Below are positions 46,897 to 57,526 of a stretch of DNA of 59,455 bases, in pieces. Positions within the stretch are counted from its first letter, which is position 1. The number at the start of each line of letters is the position of its first letter. The translations under genes and the position numbers were made by a program. Under the pieces are notes generated by a model, which was given only the letters and a program-made list of their open reading frames with translations, had not been told where the DNA came from and ran no database searches. The DNA is from Oligoflexales bacterium (GTDB lineage: Bacteria > Bdellovibrionota_B > Oligoflexia > Oligoflexales > RGVZ01), in NCBI GenBank assembly GCA_044360315.1, contig JBIKKO010000005.1:1-59455 (forward strand), in the 5' to 3' direction.

Positions 46897-48891
46897 ATGA
46901 TGCTGTGGATCATGCTCTTGTCGCCTCTTGTTGGCGCAGCCATAAATGGCTTATTTTTGAGGAAGTCGCCTAAAGTTGTTAGCCATTTAGTTGCGATTGC
47001 GGCAATGGTTGTTTCGTTCGGCGCCGCACTGAGCTTGTTTTTAGATATGATGAAGTCTGGTGGCGAGCCGCAAACCTATTTAGCTTTTCAGTGGCTCGAT
47101 GCAGGCGGTTTTGTTGCCCCTTTTAAGTATATCGTCGATCGACTGTCTGGCCTCATGATGTTGGTTGTTACGGGTATAGGTACTCTCATCCACATATATG
47201 CTGGTGGTTACATGCATGAGGAGGCCTCAACGGCGAGATTTTTCGCTTATTTGAATCTCTTTGTGTTCATGATGCTGCAATTGGTCATGGGTGATAACCT
47301 CATGGTCATGTTCGTTGGTTGGGAGGGCGTGGGTCTGTGCTCCTACCTGTTAATTGGCTACTGGTTCCATGATGACAAAAATGCCGCAGCTGGTATGAAG
47401 GCGTTTTTGGTAAACCGGATTGGTGATATTGGTTTTTTACTTGCAATTTTCTTAACCTATAAGCATTTCGGAACGGTTAGTTTCTCTGAGTTAAGAGAGA
47501 TTATTGGGGGCAACACCCTCGATGCCGTGCATGTTGGCGCTATCGGTTGGATCACGATCTGTCTATTTATTGGAGCAACGGGCAAGTCTGCCCAGCTTCC
47601 TTTGTATGTATGGCTTCCTGACGCGATGGCTGGTCCTACCCCTGTTTCGGCGCTCATTCATGCCGCAACGATGGTGACCGCTGGTATTTACATGATGACT
47701 CGGTTGAATTTCATGTTCTATTTAGCCCCCTTGACCATGCAAGTCGTCGCTATTGTTGGTGGTTTGACAGCTCTCATGGCTGCCACCATTGCGATCGTCC
47801 AATCTGACATAAAGAAGGTTCTGGCCTACTCAACGGTTAGTCAGTTGGGTTATATGGTTATGGCTTGCGGAGTCGGTGCTTTTGATGCCGGTGTGTTTCA
47901 CTTGTTTACGCACGCTTGTTTTAAGGCGCTCATGTTCTTGGGTGCTGGTTCTGTGATTGTGGCGATGCATCACGAGCAAGACATGTTTAAGATGGGCGGT
48001 CTCAGAAAGTACATGCCTATCACTCATCTTGTGTTTTTGGTTGGTGTCTTAGCGATTATTGGAATGCCCCCGTTTGCGGGTTTCTTCTCAAAAGATGAAA
48101 TCTTATGGAAGTCATTCATCGGTGGTGGTCCACTTCTTTGGGGTCTAGGGGTGGTCACTGCAGGTTGTACATCTTTTTATATGGTGCGTTTATTATGTTT
48201 AACGTTCTATGGTGAGCATCGAGGTGCAAGTCACGGAGAAGACAATCATCATGACGGGCATTCCCATGCAAAATCAAAAGACCATGATGACGGACATGGA
48301 CACGTGCACACGCCTCATGAAACCGGCGCTGATATGTGGGGTCCGCTCGTGGTCCTTGCAGTTATGAGTGCCGGCGTCGGATTTTTAGGCGTGCCTCACG
48401 CCCTGGGCGGTCACAATATCTTTGCCGAATATTTAAAGCCAATCATGATGATCCCAGACGTTGCGAAAGAACACTGGGAATTTCTTGAAGGTACTTATAG
48501 TCACTCCCTAGAGCTTGGTTTGATGGCGGCTTCGGTTGTTGTGATGTTGATAGCGTCGTCTACTGCCATTGTACTTTACGGCAAAGGACCGAAGCCCGTG
48601 TTGGGTCGCTGGCGCTCGGCGATGGCTGGTGCTTATAACTTGCTGTGGAATAAGTACTTTGTTGATGAGTTCTATTTTGCCAAGATCGTTCAGCCCGTTC
48701 GCGATATGGCAGAGTTTTTATGGGCGTTTGTGGACGTTAAGATTATTGATGGGGCTGTGAATGGGACTGCAGAGTTCTGTCGATTCATTGCTGGTGCGAC
48801 AAGTTTTAAGATGACGGGATCCATTCATCGTCATGCCATGGTGTTAGTGCTAGGACTCGTGTGCTTATTGTCGGCTTTAGTCGTTTATTAA
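46897..48891 (+). CDS. nuoL: NADH-quinone oxidoreductase subunit L
   Basis: GWEGVG, NRIGD, GKSAQLPL..WLPDAMAGPTPVSALIHAATMV, THACFKA, FFSKD. Confidence 0.97.
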   Translation: MMLWIMLLSPLVGAAINGLFLRKSPKVVSHLVAIAAMVVSFGAALSLFLDMMKSGGEPQTYLAFQWLDAGGFVAPFKYIVDRLSGLMMLVVTGIGTLIHIYAGGYMHEEASTARFFAYLNLFVFMMLQLVMGDNLMVMFVGWEGVGLCSYLLIGYWFHDDKNAAAGMKAFLVNRIGDIGFLLAIFLTYKHFGTVSFSELREIIGGNTLDAVHVGAIGWITICLFIGATGKSAQLPLYVWLPDAMAGPTPVSALIHAATMVTAGIYMMTRLNFMFYLAPLTMQVVAIVGGLTALMAATIAIVQSDIKKVLAYSTVSQLGYMVMACGVGAFDAGVFHLFTHACFKALMFLGAGSVIVAMHHEQDMFKMGGLRKYMPITHLVFLVGVLAIIGMPPFAGFFSKDEILWKSFIGGGPLLWGLGVVTAGCTSFYMVRLLCLTFYGEHRGASHGEDNHHDGHSHAKSKDHDDGHGHVHTPHETGADMWGPLVVLAVMSAGVGFLGVPHALGGHNIFAEYLKPIMMIPDVAKEHWEFLEGTYSHSLELGLMAASVVVMLIASSTAIVLYGKGPKPVLGRWRSAMAGAYNLLWNKYFVDEFYFAKIVQPVRDMAEFLWAFVDVKIIDGAVNGTAEFCRFIAGATSFKMTGSIHRHAMVLVLGLVCLLSALVVY

Positions 48892-48915
48892 TCCCAAGTG
48901 AAGGGTTTGGTCTCT

Positions 48916-50469
48916 ATGGACTTCATTAATTCGTATATATTGTCGTTTCTGATTTTCTTGCCGCTCATTGCTGCGGGATTGATTTTAGTGTTGCCATCCC
49001 TGACATCAGCTCGTCTGGTTGCGATGGTGGCGGCAGTCATTGTCTTTATGGGATCCCTTCATGTCTGGTATTGGTTCGATGGGACGTCTTCTGCTCTGCA
49101 GTTTGTAGAGAGCTACGAGTGGATACCGTCCATGGGTATGAAGTATATAGTTGGTGTTGATGGTCTCAGTTTGTTGCTAGTCGTTTTAACAGCATTTTTG
49201 ATGCCGCTTGTGTTGTTAAGTCAATGGCATATCGAGGAGGCTAGTCAGAAGAATTTTCTCGCACTGTTACTTGCGCTCCAATCTGGAATGATTGGTGCCC
49301 TTGTGGCGATGGATATGGTCTTTTTCTATGTGTTTTGGGAGGTGATGCTGATCCCTATGTACTTCATTATTGGAGTTTGGGGCGGTAAGCGCCGGATCTA
49401 TGCTGCGACTAAATTCGTGCTTTATACGGTGATTGGTTCATTGTTAATGCTAGCTGCGGCAGTTGTCCTATATTTTGCACACTTTCGCCAGACGGGTGTC
49501 TATTCCACGAGTCTTCTTGATTTATATCAGGTTAAACTGCCTCTTTCGACTCAGTTATGGATGTTTACGGCGTTTGCTGTGGCCTTTGCCATCAAGGTTC
49601 CCATGTGGCCGTTTCATACTTGGCTTCCCGATGCTCACGTCGAAGCGCCCACGGTCGGTTCAGTCATTCTGGCTGGCGTACTGCTGAAGATGGGTACTTA
49701 TGGTCTTCTTCGATTTACTGTGCCGTTATTTCCAGAAGCTATGGTTCAGGCGGCACCGGTTCTTATCTTTTGCGGTGTTGTCGGGATCATTTATGGCGCC
49801 TTAACGGCTTGGGTTCAAAAAGATGCAAAGAAAATGGTGGCATACTCCTCGGTTTCGCACCTTGGATTCGTGGTCATCGGAACGTTTGCAGTGATGGCTA
49901 GTGGTGAGCTAAGTGTGGAGGCATTGACTGGTGCCACTTACCAAATGATTAATCACGGGATTTCAACTGGAGCATTGTTCTTTTTAGTGGGGGTTATTTA
50001 TGAGCGTCGGCATACGCGAATGCTCGCCGACTTCGGTGGCTTGGCGGAAAATATGCCATTGTTTGCGATGATGCTGATCATCGCAACGTTGAGTTCCGTG
50101 GGTTTGCCGGGTACAGGCGGCTTTGTCGGAGAGTTTCTAATCCTAAATGGTACATTTCAAGCGATGCCAGTCGCAGGGGTTTTTGCATCGTTGGGCGTAT
50201 TGCTTGGCGCTGTTTACATGTTGACGCTGTGCCGCAAGATTTTGTTTGGTCCTCTTGACAAGGCAGAGAATAAGGAGATGGAGGATCTCAATGGCAGAGA
50301 GCTTGGATACCTCGTACCTCTCGCGGTTTTGGCCATTGTCATGGGTATTTTTCCAAATGCGTTTATGGGCAAAACAAAGCCCGCAATTGAGCATCTAGCA
50401 AAAAATTATAAGAATTACAGTCTCGACTACCGACTAGGTTCCGAGATGCGTTCAAAGGCAGCAAATTAA
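48916..50469 (+). CDS. nuoM: NADH-quinone oxidoreductase subunit M
   Basis: FWE..LIPMY, KVP.WPFHTWLPDAHVEAPT, LLKMG, AYSSVSH, GLPG..GFVGE. Confidence 0.97.
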   Translation: MDFINSYILSFLIFLPLIAAGLILVLPSLTSARLVAMVAAVIVFMGSLHVWYWFDGTSSALQFVESYEWIPSMGMKYIVGVDGLSLLLVVLTAFLMPLVLLSQWHIEEASQKNFLALLLALQSGMIGALVAMDMVFFYVFWEVMLIPMYFIIGVWGGKRRIYAATKFVLYTVIGSLLMLAAAVVLYFAHFRQTGVYSTSLLDLYQVKLPLSTQLWMFTAFAVAFAIKVPMWPFHTWLPDAHVEAPTVGSVILAGVLLKMGTYGLLRFTVPLFPEAMVQAAPVLIFCGVVGIIYGALTAWVQKDAKKMVAYSSVSHLGFVVIGTFAVMASGELSVEALTGATYQMINHGISTGALFFLVGVIYERRHTRMLADFGGLAENMPLFAMMLIIATLSSVGLPGTGGFVGEFLILNGTFQAMPVAGVFASLGVLLGAVYMLTLCRKILFGPLDKAENKEMEDLNGRELGYLVPLAVLAIVMGIFPNAFMGKTKPAIEHLAKNYKNYSLDYRLGSEMRSKAAN

Positions 50470-50488
50470 TCCCGCTTAGGAGTCTAAA

Positions 50489-51988
50489 GTGAATGTTCAA
50501 GTTCCACAGCTGACAGCTAGTTTCTATGGGGCCACCTTGCCGATCCTGATCCTGTGTGTGACGGGGATCCTGGCACTCCTGGGCTCTGTGAGTAAAAAAT
50601 TCTCAAGCTCCAAGGTGAATTATTGGCTTAATTTCGCCGCCCTTCTTTCAACTCTCCTTCTGGTCGTTCGTCTTTATGCGATCTCTGGCGCAGCCAGTGA
50701 GATGTTTTTAAGTGGTGGCTTCATCGCTGGACGCCTTGGTTATTTTGGTCAAGGCGCGATTATTGGCATTGCTTTGGTTGTATCGCTACTTATGGGCGAG
50801 GGCTATTTAAGAGAAAAGTTTTTCCGGGGAGAGATTATAGCTTTGTTTCATATGATCATCGCCGGTATGTGTACAATGGTCGCTACGGATGATCTCGTGA
50901 CCCTGTTTGTAGGTCTTGAAATGGCCTCCATCGGAATCTATGCTCTCATAGGCTATACCAGTCCAACAAAGTTATCCCAAGAAGGAGCAATCAAGTATTT
51001 TGTACTGGGATCGATCGCTGCGGCAATATTGCTATTTGGTTTTGCTTTTCTATATGCGGCTACAGGCACGTTGCGTATCAGTGAGATTAGTGCGTCGATC
51101 GGCAAAATTAGTGGGCACTCATGGATTGAATTGGGTACAATTTTGACCCTGGCTGGATTTGGATTCAAAATGGCATTGGTTCCCTTTCACATGTGGACCC
51201 CTGATGCCTATGAAGGCTCCCCGACGGGATTAACGGCCTTTATGGCTACGGCAATGAAAACTATGATTATGATCACGGCTGTTCGTATGTTTGAAAACGG
51301 CCTTGATGGAGTTCATGGAGTATGGTTGCCAGTTATAGGGTTTATGGCAGCAGCCTCTCTGCTGTTTGCAAACATTATGGCTCTTGCGCAGCAGAGTGTT
51401 AAGCGGATGCTCGCTTATTCGTCGATCGCACACAGTGGATATATGGCCCTGTCGCTCGCTGCCATGAGTGGTGGAGTCGCGCAATACTCGGTACCGTCGA
51501 TTCTTTTTTATCTGATAGGTTACGTGCTTGTGAGCCTTGGTGCGTTTGCTGTCATCATGTGGCTAGAAAACGAGCGATGTGAGAATGTGATCGTTGATGA
51601 CTTAACAGGTCTTGCCAAGCAACATCCTTATGCGGCGTCGGCCCTAGCTTTATTTATGTTTAGCCTAGGGGGAATGCCGCCGACGGTCGGATTCATAAGC
51701 AAGTTATATATTTTTAATGCTGCTTTGAGTAACAACATGATCGCTTTGGTCGTAATTGCTGCGATTGGTTCTACGATATCTCTTTACTATTACATGCGAC
51801 TTATTGTTCGGATGTTTATGATGGATACGAGCCCAGTATTGGGAGCACTCATTAAACCAGTTAGGTCTCGTGTAACGACAGGGGTAGTTGCCGTTTGTGC
51901 AATACTGATCATCCTATTTGGAACGATTTTACCGGAGTCTGGTATGCGTGTGGCGCGCCATTCAGCCGGCGAGGTTACAGGCGGATAG
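50489..51988 (+). CDS. nuoN: NADH-quinone oxidoreductase subunit N
   Basis: EGAIKYF, FK...VPFHMWTPDAYEG.P, KRMLAYSSIAH, G.PPT.GF..K. Confidence 0.96.
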   Translation: MNVQVPQLTASFYGATLPILILCVTGILALLGSVSKKFSSSKVNYWLNFAALLSTLLLVVRLYAISGAASEMFLSGGFIAGRLGYFGQGAIIGIALVVSLLMGEGYLREKFFRGEIIALFHMIIAGMCTMVATDDLVTLFVGLEMASIGIYALIGYTSPTKLSQEGAIKYFVLGSIAAAILLFGFAFLYAATGTLRISEISASIGKISGHSWIELGTILTLAGFGFKMALVPFHMWTPDAYEGSPTGLTAFMATAMKTMIMITAVRMFENGLDGVHGVWLPVIGFMAAASLLFANIMALAQQSVKRMLAYSSIAHSGYMALSLAAMSGGVAQYSVPSILFYLIGYVLVSLGAFAVIMWLENERCENVIVDDLTGLAKQHPYAASALALFMFSLGGMPPTVGFISKLYIFNAALSNNMIALVVIAAIGSTISLYYYMRLIVRMFMMDTSPVLGALIKPVRSRVTTGVVAVCAILIILFGTILPESGMRVARHSAGEVTGG

Positions 51989-52185
51989 AAAACCAAGGCA
52001 AACTAAGCCGTGTTTGCCTCCGCGAGCCCTAGATCCAGCGGTCCTAAGGGACAGTGGCAAATGCGTTAAGTTATGGTTTTAGGTTGATAAGGCTACGGCC
52101 CTGGGCAGGGCTTGTGCAGGAAGAGTTGTTGCTTAGTGACGCCCACATCAGAGATATGTGGGCGGCCAGCTGAGGAAGATAGGTG

Positions 52186-53670
52186 TTAATTCGTTACATC
52201 AGGTAAGTTTAAATCAGATGGAGTATCTTCCATCATCTCCTGACCAGCCGGTGCGGTTGATGCTGGCGTGAAGCTCGCGATCACAGTTCGCTTTGACTTG
52301 AAGATTTGATCTGAACCTGATCGACGTAAGTAGATCATCTCCGGGTTGTCGAGAGCCGTCCATATATCGATGGAAACGTCCTGGCCGGTGCCGGAGGCAA
52401 ATCCAAGAATGACACGATGTTTAGGAGCCTTTGGTAGTTTTTTTGCTACATCACTCTTACCATCAAAAATGTCCTCAGCACGGGCATACTCCAGATCCAC
52501 CACAAGGCCTCTGACATGGGTGGTGATGGATGGTTTTTCCTCTGTCTTTCCTTTAAATGTTCCGTCTGAAGCAAACTTGGCGGCATCTTCTGATTTATAC
52601 CAGTCATTAGCAACTTTGGTAAAACCTTCACCGTCGATTGTCACTTTGCTCACATCTGCTGTACTAAAACCGAATATTCTTTTGTCGCGGAGGTCTTTAG
52701 CTGTTTTCAAGACTTTGGAGCGAGCGTCTTCTCCTAGCTTAAAGATCGTTGGCGATCCATCTAGTCTGGCATACAGAGCATCCTTGTCCTCATAGACCGA
52801 TAACTTAACAGTAGCATCTTTTTTTATGAGATCGATTTGCCCAAACAAGGTCTTGTCACCGAATTTCATGAGCATCTCTTTGGACGGTTGATCGAAAAAT
52901 TCTGCAGCCTTCATCCCAAAGATATCGTCTAAGTAGTTTTTCACGGCAACGGTGTCAGCAGCTACGCTTAAGGGGCTAACGATCGCCCACTTTCCGTCGG
53001 TTTGGTTAAGAGTCATAGCTCCCAGTTTTTGTGCGATCTTTGCAGTTATCTTGAGACCCGTTAAATCCGCGGCAGAACCAGATAGAATCTTTTTCTCACG
53101 GAGATCAAAAAGAGTTTTACCGGTCGAGGTTACGATGTACTGACTGCCCGCGTATACATTCGAGTTTAAGCTTGTAGCTGTGTAAGCGCTAAATCCAACC
53201 GGAGTATTAAGACCCACATAGAAATTGGTTTTCTTTCCATCACTGGTCTCAATCTCAATATCGCGCCGTGGATTGGTTAGACCAAATTGTCCCCATTGCT
53301 CTTTGGACTGGGAGACCTCCGATTCTGTTTTGTATTCAGTTATGTTTTTAAGAAGGTCGGATACTACTTGCTGGTCTGCTAGGGTTTGAATTGGTGATGT
53401 GATCAACCACTGGTTGTCTTGTAACTTAAGAGTTACATCGACAACGTCTCCTGTCCCAACTGCGTTAGGTGTCTTTTCACCATCCGCTGGGGCCTCGCCA
53501 GTAGATCGCAAACGTAATCCTTTAACTGACTCAGACTTTATCGCCAGTAGGATGTCTTTGGTTTCCTTTTCTTTTTCCTCTTTTTTAGTTTTCCATTCGT
53601 CCCAGGTCGCGAGGGCGCCAAGCCCTGCCAGCACTGTGGCCAGAGCTGCAATCTGTTTCCAGTTTCGCAT
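52186..53670 (-). CDS. DUF4340-domain protein (ABC-associated, membrane-anchored)
   Basis: N-terminal anchor; repeated W.I.SP...AD...V..LL and FGL..P, DLR.K.I motifs; last gene of the Gld-like operon (TAATG coupling). Confidence 0.75.
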   Translation of the reverse strand: MRNWKQIAALATVLAGLGALATWDEWKTKKEEKEKETKDILLAIKSESVKGLRLRSTGEAPADGEKTPNAVGTGDVVDVTLKLQDNQWLITSPIQTLADQQVVSDLLKNITEYKTESEVSQSKEQWGQFGLTNPRRDIEIETSDGKKTNFYVGLNTPVGFSAYTATSLNSNVYAGSQYIVTSTGKTLFDLREKKILSGSAADLTGLKITAKIAQKLGAMTLNQTDGKWAIVSPLSVAADTVAVKNYLDDIFGMKAAEFFDQPSKEMLMKFGDKTLFGQIDLIKKDATVKLSVYEDKDALYARLDGSPTIFKLGEDARSKVLKTAKDLRDKRIFGFSTADVSKVTIDGEGFTKVANDWYKSEDAAKFASDGTFKGKTEEKPSITTHVRGLVVDLEYARAEDIFDGKSDVAKKLPKAPKHRVILGFASGTGQDVSIDIWTALDNPEMIYLRRSGSDQIFKSKRTVIASFTPASTAPAGQEMMEDTPSDLNLPDVTN

Positions 53671-55229
53671 TATGCTTGCCTCCTTCTGAGCCAGTAGAAT
53701 GTGCCTGACGCGAGGAAGGTAAACGGATAGAGGAAGCATATGAACAGTAAAGTTAGAGTGCTAGTACTCGAGGTAAAGTTGAGGCTACTTTTCGTGGTGT
53801 CTTTGGGGCGGATGGATATGAAGTCTTCGTCTTGGGTGAGCCAACTCACGGCATTTGTGAATAAATCCTTGTTTTCAGCGGTTTGAGTACCTTGGTTAGT
53901 CATGAACTGCACTGAGCCAAAGGCAGCAATCCTTGACTCCTTTTCCCCAATCTTCCCAGTAGCGGTTCCCATCACTGCGAATGACCCCTGCTCGATGCGT
54001 TCCTTCGTGATTCCTTTTAGATCGCTGGCAGAATTGACATTTTTAACCCTGACCGTGGTTTCCCCTGCGGTTTTACCGATGAGGCTGACCTTAAATTTCG
54101 AAGAATTATCAGTAACTTCAGCCAGGGTTCTTGTGTTTTGCAGAAGGACGGCAACGTTAGATTTGCGTGCGAAATCTTTTGTAATCGGACTAAACTCATC
54201 AAAGTCCTGGATAATAGCGTTATTTTGTCCAAGAAGCTGAGCTCTCGGGTCGTCAGGGAGTAGAATCATTAAATCATTGTTAAAAGACAGCCCATACTTG
54301 GCCATAAACTTGTTGAGGTTGTTGGTCTCAACCATGGCGTCAACGAGGACGAGTAGACCCCCCCCCTTTGCAATGAAGTCTTCAACAAATTTAAGTTCAG
54401 GCTCCTTAAAGTCATACTTTGGACCAGCGATGATCAGTGCTGCGGCGTCGTCAGGAACCTTCCCAGCATCTAACAGGGTCACATCTGCAACCTCGTAGCG
54501 GTTGTTTTTAAGTTCCTGAGATACTTGTTCAAAGCCAGAGCTGTCTTGGCCCGTAAGCTGACCTTCCCCGTGACCTTTGGTGAAGTATATTTTCTTGGAC
54601 CCCTCTTTAAGTACAGCAACTAGAGCATTGGTGATCTTTTCCTCTGAAAATGTAGTCACTCGGTTTTCTTGAGATCCAAGTTTAAAGATGGCTGTATTGC
54701 CGCTGGTTAGATTATCAGCCATCGCGCGAGCATTTTCTTTCTGTGGGTTTACATATTCGATCTTCATCTTGGCGTTTTTTGCAAGGTAGAGTCCAATTAA
54801 GTCTCTAAAGGTCTGCTCTTGCTGCTGGTCAATAAAATACGCCGTCACAGACAGGGTGGCGTCTCTTTTAGTCAGGGTTTCGATGGCTTTCACAGATTGG
54901 TCGGAAAGGGTGTTGGTCTTGTCTCGACTTAGGTCCCATGTTTTATCAAATCGCGGTCGACTCGTAAGAACAGCAATTCCTACAAACACGAGAACGGCAA
55001 GAATCAACACGGCCCCAGACGAGGCCCCGTACTTTGCACCTTTGCGTGCGAAGAATTTCTTAAATCCTGTTAGGTCGAGCCAAACCCAAATGGCTATAAG
55101 ACCAGCGGCCAACCCCCAGCCAACGCTTTTGAAGATAATGGCCTGACTGGCAAAACTTGACGCCAAGGTTGCGCCGAATGCTGCAATAAACAATGCTAAA
55201 AATGGTAATATAAAAAGTCCGGTACGCAT
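53670..55229 (-). CDS. GldG-like ABC auxiliary component
   Basis: DLS....TLS.QS, E..IT.AL, IYF..GHGE, LIIAGP, LF.N.V.WL motifs. Confidence 0.85.
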   Translation of the reverse strand: MRTGLFILPFLALFIAAFGATLASSFASQAIIFKSVGWGLAAGLIAIWVWLDLTGFKKFFARKGAKYGASSGAVLILAVLVFVGIAVLTSRPRFDKTWDLSRDKTNTLSDQSVKAIETLTKRDATLSVTAYFIDQQQEQTFRDLIGLYLAKNAKMKIEYVNPQKENARAMADNLTSGNTAIFKLGSQENRVTTFSEEKITNALVAVLKEGSKKIYFTKGHGEGQLTGQDSSGFEQVSQELKNNRYEVADVTLLDAGKVPDDAAALIIAGPKYDFKEPELKFVEDFIAKGGGLLVLVDAMVETNNLNKFMAKYGLSFNNDLMILLPDDPRAQLLGQNNAIIQDFDEFSPITKDFARKSNVAVLLQNTRTLAEVTDNSSKFKVSLIGKTAGETTVRVKNVNSASDLKGITKERIEQGSFAVMGTATGKIGEKESRIAAFGSVQFMTNQGTQTAENKDLFTNAVSWLTQDEDFISIRPKDTTKSSLNFTSSTSTLTLLFICFLYPFTFLASGTFYWLRRRQA

Positions 55230-55234
55230 CTAAA

Positions 55235-55999
55235 TTACCTCCAGCGCTGGCTGTCTAATGTGACGTTTGTGAAAAATAAGAACATCGCGGTGAACACAAT
55301 AAAATAAGTTGTGTGGCCAACGGAAATGGTCCCTTTGAAAAAGGCGTCCAAATGATCAGAGTTGGCCATATATTTAAGGACCGACTCGGTGATTCCGCCG
55401 CCGCTTAAATTCGGTGCCATCCAATTTAAAATGAGAAGCAGAAATAGTCCAAACATCGTGAATAAAAAGGCCATAAACTGGTTACTTGTCATGGAGCTAA
55501 CCCACAATCCAAAGGCAACCTGTGAACAAACTAGCAGCACTAAACCAATATAACTGGTTAAGATCATCATCTTGTCAGGATTGCCGAACAGGATTGTAAA
55601 CAGCGGGTAGACGCTTGAAGCTAGTAAAACCAAGAGCATGAGACCGGTCGCTGCGCAAAACTTTCCAAGAACGATTTCAAGCGGGGTACATGGAGACGTT
55701 TGCAGCAAGCGGATCGATTGGTTTCTTTTTTCTTCACTAAAACTCGCCATTGTGACCGCAGGTACTGCAAGTAGCAGGATAAAGTGCAGATTATAAAAAA
55801 GAGCCTTTAAGAGTTGCTCGAGAGTCGGTGCTTGACCGCCCATCATGGGGGCTTGCTGGGTCATTTGTGAAAACATCCCGACGAAGTTGTGGAAGAAAAA
55901 ACCCATGAAAATCAGAAAAAACCAAAAAATCGCTGCAGCACGCGGTGATGCAAAGTAAGCAGTCAAGTCTCGGCGAGCAATTGCGATAACGGTACCCAT
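55235..55999 (-). CDS. GldF-like ABC-2 permease
   Basis: IARRDL..YF.SP, P.VTM..FSEEK, LL.T.P....IVLGKF, S.MT.NQ. Confidence 0.88.
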   Translation of the reverse strand: MGTVIAIARRDLTAYFASPRAAAIFWFFLIFMGFFFHNFVGMFSQMTQQAPMMGGQAPTLEQLLKALFYNLHFILLLAVPAVTMASFSEEKRNQSIRLLQTSPCTPLEIVLGKFCAATGLMLLVLLASSVYPLFTILFGNPDKMMILTSYIGLVLLVCSQVAFGLWVSSMTSNQFMAFLFTMFGLFLLLILNWMAPNLSGGGITESVLKYMANSDHLDAFFKGTISVGHTTYFIVFTAMFLFFTNVTLDSQRWR

Positions 56000-56016
56000 A
56001 GTTAGGCTCCTTTTTA

Positions 56017-56937
56017 TTATTTAGTTAATTGCAGGAATACGTCTTCAAGCGAGCGAGTTTTAAGACTCAAGCCTCTAAGTCCGTAACCCCCATCGACTAC
56101 AGCTTTCGCCACATCATCTAGAATTTGATCGCCAGTTGAGGTGCTTACAGCAAACTCAATATCACCTTCCGCTTCACCCGCCTTCAAATGTTGCAATCCG
56201 AGACGGCCAAGAGTGGTGAGAGCGTTTGCTCCGTTACGAGCTACTTTAAGCCGGTATGTGTGGCCACTTTCTATGTCTGCGGCTAACTGTTCGTAAGTAC
56301 CTTGCTTCACAATCTGACCCTTGTTGATAATAACGATACGATCACAAGTGTTTTGAACTTCACTTAAAATATGCGACGACAATAAAATTGTGTGTTGGCC
56401 CGCTAGAGAGCGCACCAGTTTTCTGATTTCAGCGATTTGCGTGGGATCTAAGCCTTCGGTCGGCTCATCTAAAATGAGAACCTGCGGGTCATGCACTAAA
56501 GCTTGGGCTAGACCGACGCGCTGCCGGTAGCCTTTTGATAAATTGCCAATCAGACGATAACGGACATCACCCAATGAAAGTTTTTCGATGGTTGCATTGA
56601 CCCTTGAGCTTATGTCGCTGGGTGGTACTTTATGAAGTTCTGCAGCATATCGAACAAAGTCTATGACGAACATATCATGATGCAGCGGAGCGACATCTGG
56701 GAGGTAACCAAGCCTTTTTTTGGCATCAATAGGCTCCTCTGTGATGTCGAAACCAGCCACCTTTGCCGTACCACTATCAGGCCCGATACAGCCGCATAGA
56801 ATGTCCATCGTTGTTGACTTTCCGGCGCCGTTTGCGCCGAGGAAGCCAACAATCTGGCCTGTTTCTACGGTGAACGTCACATTGGAAAGTGCCGCCAGAT
56901 CACCGTAGTTCTTACAGAGACTCGATACTTCAATCAT
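56017..56937 (-). CDS. GldA-like ABC transporter ATP-binding protein
   Basis: GANGAGKST, LSKGYRQRVGLAQA, ILDEPT.GLDP, SSH. Confidence 0.93.
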   Translation of the reverse strand: MIEVSSLCKNYGDLAALSNVTFTVETGQIVGFLGANGAGKSTTMDILCGCIGPDSGTAKVAGFDITEEPIDAKKRLGYLPDVAPLHHDMFVIDFVRYAAELHKVPPSDISSRVNATIEKLSLGDVRYRLIGNLSKGYRQRVGLAQALVHDPQVLILDEPTEGLDPTQIAEIRKLVRSLAGQHTILLSSHILSEVQNTCDRIVIINKGQIVKQGTYEQLAADIESGHTYRLKVARNGANALTTLGRLGLQHLKAGEAEGDIEFAVSTSTGDQILDDVAKAVVDGGYGLRGLSLKTRSLEDVFLQLTK

Positions 56938-57526
56938 GTAACTCCTCCAATTTCTGAGCTAGTGGGGATGTTACGACCCCCGTTACCAGTGAAACTCCTT
57001 ATTAAAAACTTTTATCCGCTGAAATTAAAGGTCAAAATCACTTGACCGCTGCAGAGACTCAAAAGGGCAAAGGAAATTGTCTAATATTTAGTCAAATCAA
57101 CACGCTCGGCATCCGCATCGGGCTGACCGCCTCGTTCCGATGCGAGCCAAAGGACAAGCTTTTGCCGGCGAAGAGCCTATCAGACTCCGAAAATTTGCCG
57201 ATGCAAGTCCAGTTGCAGCAACCTCTTGAGCAACGTTAACAATAGCCCCCAAACCTACTTTACTTGGCTATATTTGCTCACTCCAGTTATGAACGAGCTC
57301 ATTGAATTGATGTGGCAACGCAATCATGGGGCATCCGGTGGAGCGGCGTCGAGGCTAGTCTACGGTCAGACGACTTTGATGATTAGAACCCTTGTCTATC
57401 AGGCTGTTCACATTCTGTGAACACATACATTGGGCGTCCTCTTACCTCGGACCGTTCTTGTTCGATAGGATCAAAAGTAAGAGAGATGGTTCTCTTGAAC
57501 AAAAAACCCATGAGAGGAGATTGATT

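Noticed and set aside
48210-48320. His-rich insertion in NuoL
   Set aside because: His-rich loops at this position are common in NuoL
51990-52185. GGCAAAC motif suggesting a c-di-GMP riboswitch
   Set aside because: It lies between convergent 3' ends and lacks the rest of the aptamer; the hairpins are better explained as terminator-like
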